This document shows positions 58,336-64,000 of a stretch of DNA of 64,000 nt, piece by piece. Location: NCBI GenBank assembly GCA_964016885.1, contig OZ024745.1:68448001-68512000 (forward strand), read 5' to 3'. Position 1 is the stretch's first letter. Each line of letters starts with the position of its first letter. This DNA is from Eledone cirrhosa. Lineage: Eukaryota. Under the pieces are notes generated by a model. It had not been told where the DNA came from. It was given only the letters and a program-made list of their open reading frames with translations, and did not search any database. Made by a program: the position numbers and the translations under genes.

Positions 58336-58609
58336 TATCGACATCTATCTATAGGTGTATGGCTCCATATATTGTCAAAAATATCAAACTTTTCAAGTTC
58401 TTTTGTTCCATTTATTATTCCTTCGCTATATCTGATGATGGAGATACTATTCAGTCGTTCATGGCGCTGATAGAGTTTATACCATTGAGTTTAAATTCTA
58501 ATATCTTATTTAATCTTCACAAACACTCTCGTGTATTGTCCCCAATGCCTTGGGCCTTTTGTGGCCTTTGTGGTCAATATAATAAATTATTATTGTTATT
58601 ATTATTATT

Positions 58610-58960
58610 GTTGAGTTCAAATCCCACGGAGGTTAGCTTTGCCTTTCATCTTTACGGGGTCGATTAAATAAAGCACCAGTAATACACCGGGGTCGATTTA
58701 ATTGACTTTCCCCGCCCCTTCAAATTGCAGACCTTGTGCCTAAAGTACAAACAATTATCATTATCGTGTTCAAATCCCACCAGTGCATTACTGGTACTTG
58801 TTTTTATCGACCCCGTAAGAATGAAAGGTAAAGCTAGCCCCTAGCTTTACCTTTCATTCTTACGGGTCAATAAAAACAAGTACCAGTAATGCACTGGTGC
58901 CAATTTTGTCGATTTTCCAACTCCCATCAAATTGCTGGCCATATGCCAAGAGTAGAAGTA
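58610..58960 (+). mobile_element. SINE fragments including a fold-back SINE core (58778-58899)
   Basis: ~59-bp arms around a cccc loop, derived from the SINE core. Confidence 0.8.
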
Positions 58961-59141
58961 TCTATTGGACAGTTGAATATTAAAAAAAGAGAGATCAATT
59001 TGGTGCTATTGTAAAACACAGCCTCTTAAGATAGCGTTCAGTGGACTTGAACACACGATCTCATGATTGCAAAGCAAACATCTTAAATACGCGGTGTCTG
59101 TCTCTACATATAGCAATGCATACATACATACTTACATACAT

Positions 59142-59585
59142 ACAAAAATAAAAACTGCCACCAAATTAAAGCACAACCGGCCTGATATTGTAGTTTGGGA
59201 CCACACATTGAAAACGTGTTCTGTTGTGGAGATCAGCTGCCCACTTGATGTAAACGTTGTCAGAAAAATACAGGAGAAGGAGGACATCTGCGGACCATTG
59301 ATGAGGAGTTTACAAATCCAGTATCCAAGATACACCTTTAGCTTCATACCCATCATTATTGATGCTACGGGTTATATACCAACCCGCTTGGACCAAAGTA
59401 TGACTGAACTTGGATTTGCGGACAAAAAGCGCAGCTCCCTAATTCATAGTCTGCAAATGGCTGCGATAGCTGGCACCTTCAAAATTTGCAAAACATTCTT
59501 GCGATTCAAGGGATGACAATTTCTTTTCTTTTACAACCTTGCCACCAGGAAGGTGGCCGGTCAAAAAAATATACTCGAAATTAAG
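59142..59585 (+). mobile_element. 3' end of an RLE-type non-LTR retrotransposon (R4/NeSL-like restriction-like endonuclease)
   Basis: HNRPDIVVWD...VVEISCP...EKEDI...IPIIIDATGYIP (PD-(D/E)xK fold), stop at 59516. Confidence 0.85.
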
Positions 59586-59928
59586 AGAAAGAGAAAACAT
59601 ATATGTAGCATATATATATATAACATGCCTGCATACATACATATATATGTATATATGTATCCATATATACATACGCATATATGTATGTATACATACACAT
59701 ATACATATATATATATGTATATATACATACATATATATGTATCCATATATATGTACGCATGCATATATGTATGTATATGTATATATGTGTATATGTACAA
59801 ACATATATATGTATATATATATATATGTACATACATATATATATACATACATATATATATACATACATATATATGTATGTATCCATGGATGGATGGATGA
59901 ATGTATGTATATATGTATACATACATGC

Positions 59929-59972
<44 letters not shown>

Positions 59973-60605
59973 CATGCCTGCATAGATACTTACATGCATA
60001 CATACATACACACAACATGCATGCATACATACATACACATACATGCATACATATATACACATAGCATGTCTGCCTACACATACATGCGTATATACATGCA
60101 TACATACATACATAGATACAAACATACATATATACACTTAGCATGCCTGCATACACATACATACGTATATACATACATACATACATACATACATACATGC
60201 AACCTATAAACATCCACACAAATATACATATAACATACACAGACATATACAGACATACACAAACACATACCATCATGGAACCCATCTTTGTTGCCATTTA
60301 AATTCCAATGTGGAGCTTTATTTGTTAAAAAAATCAGCTTTCGACTTTAGGAAGAATTCAAATAATTAAAACTGAAAGAAGATACTATAGAAATACAAAT
60401 ATTGCATGCATGTGTTCCCATATATATGGATATATACATGTATCTCTTTATAAATACACACACACATACACACACTCACATATATATATATATATATATA
60501 CAAACACATATACATCTCTCTCTCTCCCCCCCCCTCTCTCTCTCTATATATATATATATATATGCACATATATATGCATATCACCATGATGATATATGTA
60601 CATGC

Positions 60606-60687
<82 letters not shown>

Positions 60688-60742
60688 ATAGCCGATTCGT
60701 GTTATTCTTCACTCTCATATATATATATATGTGTATAAATAT

Positions 60743-60777
<35 letters not shown>

Positions 60778-60780
60778 CAT

Positions 60781-60857
<77 letters not shown>

Positions 60858-60868
60858 TATATATATAT

Positions 60869-60980
<112 letters not shown>

Positions 60981-61350
60981 TTATTATGTATATGCGTTAG
61001 TGTTGCAATCAAATGTGCTATATATTGTCAGAATCCATTTAAAAACAATATCAATCAACCATTTATAATGGTGTTTGGTTGCAATTCTCACCAAATTTTC
61101 AAACCAAACACCCAAATCATGTTTAGAAATAATGTTCGGCTCTAAACTCTTAAAATTCTCTTTTACGCTATATTTTCCTCGTCCCTAATATTCCTTCTGG
61201 TATATTCTTTTCTTTTCTTTTCTCACTCTCTCACTCTCTCACTCTCGCCATCTCTCCCCCCCCCACCCTTCCTTGTTTGTCTCTCTTTGTATCTCCTCAT
61301 ATCTTTCACCTTCCCTCCGTTCAATCATCTAGTTTTCTATTCAATACTAT

Positions 61351-61386
<36 letters not shown>

Positions 61387-61769
61387 GCACGCACACACAT
61401 ACACACACAACACATGCACACCACACATACAAACACACATAACACACCACACACATACCCCCCCCCCCACACACACAACACACAGGCTCACACGCCGACG
61501 GCTAAACTGTTTCGATAGCAAAACAGTTCTCTCTTCAAGACTATATATATATATGTACACACACACACATACATATATGTTTGTGTGTGTGTGTGTGTGT
61601 ATGTGTGTATGTGTGTGTGTGTGTGTGTGTGTGCGTGCATGTATGTGTGTTTGTCTGTATTTCTAGAAAATGTAGGATGCCCAACAGCAGAAAATAACTT
61701 GCTATGAAATAGCTCATAAAACCGGGCAAAGAGCCTTAGGTACGGAAAAAGAAGTTGTCGGCGGACGCC

Positions 61770-62340
61770 GCCAGGGATCGGATCCCATATCTCTCAGCTA
61801 CTGGATGAGTGCTTTAGCCATTGATTTAATCCTTCGTCATCGTTATCATCCTTCGGGGCAGCCGGCTTCCCGTCACTACTGGAGCCTGTAGGCCTTGATT
61901 GTGGTGACAGCAAGACCCCCAACGAAATTACACTCTTCCCTTTCGAAGGAGGTAAATCTTTCATCTGGGACGCCACATGCAGTGACACGTTCTCTGTCTC
62001 CAGCTTGGTCGCCTCAGCTACAAACCCTGGTACTGCGGCTCACAATGCAAAGGACAGGAAGACAAGTAAATACCGGAGCTTGTCCGGTCGTATCCTCTTT
62101 GTATCGGCGGCCGTCGAGACCCCAGGCATCCTCGGACCCCGGACAGCTGACCTCCTCCGTAAAATCGGATCGATAGCAGCCCGACTGAGGAAGGAGACTC
62201 GCGAAGTGGGTTGGCTATTGCGGCATGTCTCGCTGGTCATTGTCCGCGGAAATGCCATCGCCATTTTGTCTGCAAGGTGCAGCAGAAACACCGCTCTGAT
62301 CTAGGTGTAGAGTCTGTTATCCTCTCCCACCCTTCTCTCT
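61770..62340 (+). mobile_element. 3' end of a CRE-like RLE non-LTR retrotransposon
   Basis: LEPVGL..GD..PNEITLFPFEGGKSFIWDATCSDT...KTSKY...AVETPGILG...VSLVIVRGNAIAIL across a frameshift. Confidence 0.8.
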
Positions 62341-62542
62341 TCGAAACTAGATTAACTTAATAAGCTCACCCCCCCCCCCCCCCCACTTCCCACTTCACCT
62401 ATATATATATATATATATAAATCAACATATACACCCCCCCCCTTCAAGAGACAGTTTATGAACTGACCGAATCAAAACACACATTCAGTTACCCACTTGC
62501 TGTCAAAACGGTAAGAGCTCAACCATGGAACAGAACATATTT

Positions 62543-62615
<73 letters not shown>

Positions 62616-62649
62616 GCACACACACATAAATATATATATATATATATTA

Positions 62650-62815
62650 GTAAGACAATTAATCAACAGAGCCCTTGATACTTGGGGTAGTAGAGTATGG
62701 TGATATTATAACGAGTCGGGGCCCGATAGCTGAGCGCTTGCCGTTTCAACAGCTGAGTCTGGAACTAGCTGGTTGAAACGGCAAGAGCTCAGCCGTCAGG
62801 TCCCGACTGTTTATA
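62650..62815 (-). mobile_element. Divergent family A-like fold-back terminus
   Basis: tacttggggtagtagagt tail and gaaacggcaagagctcagccgtc arm. In (TA)n. Confidence 0.65.
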
Positions 62816-63846
62816 TATATATATATATATATATATACAAATAGAACTGATACTGCCATATCTGCTACTAATTATAAACAGTACCATTATTTTATCTGTT
62901 CCATCTGTTTTATCTGCTAACACATGAAGTTATTTGCATGCATCTTAAACATAGATACATAGGCGTGAACTTTCCAGTATTGCATGTAATGACACATGTA
63001 TTATTACACTATCTTTGCACAATTTCACACCTCAAACATTGTGTTTGTATCAGTTTCTGTTGTTCAGCCCAAGGCCAGTCATGATATAGCAAGCCACATG
63101 AAAGGAATTTCCTCCATCATGAACACAAAATACATGCTTCAGCACTTGCCATTGTTGCATATATTACTTCACTAAGGTGGCTAATTGGTATAGCTGTTAG
63201 ACCGTTAGATATATTGCATTGCGCTATTCGTTTCAGTCCTCTGCTCTCTGAGTTCTAAATCTACAGAGGTCAGCTTTGTAATTCATCATTCTGAGGTCGA
63301 TAAAAAAACACCAATCCAGTACTAGGCCGATTCTTCCATATATCTTTCTTATTTTATCTCTATTACTCGTAATCTGTCTGTTTGTTTCTCTATCTCACAC
63401 ACACACACACACTCTCTCTCTGACAAACACACATACACACACACTCTCGCCCTATCTTTCTCTATTTCACTCTCTCCTCGCTGGTACAACAAACATACAT
63501 ACATTACATACACGGTGTGTTTATATTTGTGTTCATGGCATCTATGTGATTATGAGTGTGCATTGTGTGTAATGTGTATGTGTATATGTGTGTGGTTATA
63601 TAAGTCCGCACAGAATGCTGTATGGTGTAAGTGTACATAGTGTGTGTGTATGATTTGTGTTAGTGCATGATGCATGTGTATGTGTATGTGTATGTGTGTA
63701 TGTGTGTGTTTTATGGTGTGTTTTATTACTATTGTCATGAGTGAAGTTTCTGTAGAGTTGGTCTGAGCTGGTAAATGAAGATAGCATCTGAGTCAGTTCG
63801 ATTGCTGTGGAATCATTCTATCTGATTTCAGACTGGAGTAAAATAA

Positions 63847-63859
63847 CACCACCACCACC

Positions 63860-63891
<32 letters not shown>

Positions 63892-63916
63892 CAACATAAC
63901 CACCACCACCACCACC

Positions 63917-63948
<32 letters not shown>

Positions 63949-64000
63949 CACCACCACCACCACCACCACCACCACCACCACCACCACCACCAACAACAAC
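63847..64000. repeat. (CAC)n/(CAA)n trinucleotide repeat
   Basis: Seen directly. Confidence 0.95.

Overview
AT-rich, microsatellite-saturated animal DNA, probably intronic or intergenic. The SINE types suggest a cephalopod or other mollusc (inference). No host gene can be supported, and most ORF-track entries are microsatellite artefacts. The window is dominated by Penelope-like elements (PLEs): two RT+GIY-YIG copies resembling the Naiad clade (minus strand ~21.0-23.2 kb, plus strand 36.3-40.1 kb), a 2.9-kb palindromic GIY-YIG remnant, a Neptune-like endonuclease remnant, and many short fold-back terminal repeats inserted in (TA)n. It also holds tRNA-derived SINEs, RTE, CRE-like and RLE LINE fragments, and a Tc1/mariner MITE. 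More than a dozen type I hammerhead ribozyme (HHR) motifs were read by eye, some degenerate. The main discovery is a 70-nt motif in two related non-coding, partially tandem repeat families (monomer ~530-630 nt, 9 copies). It contains all hammerhead catalytic segments in a non-circularly permuted order (UH ... GAAA ... CUGANGA), and four helices show compensatory changes. One genomic junction falls exactly at its predicted cleavage site. A second conserved RNA structure, a UH-bulged hairpin, recurs in the 3' tails of many otherwise unalignable PLE-type families. All coordinates and pairings were read manually and none has been computed or tested.
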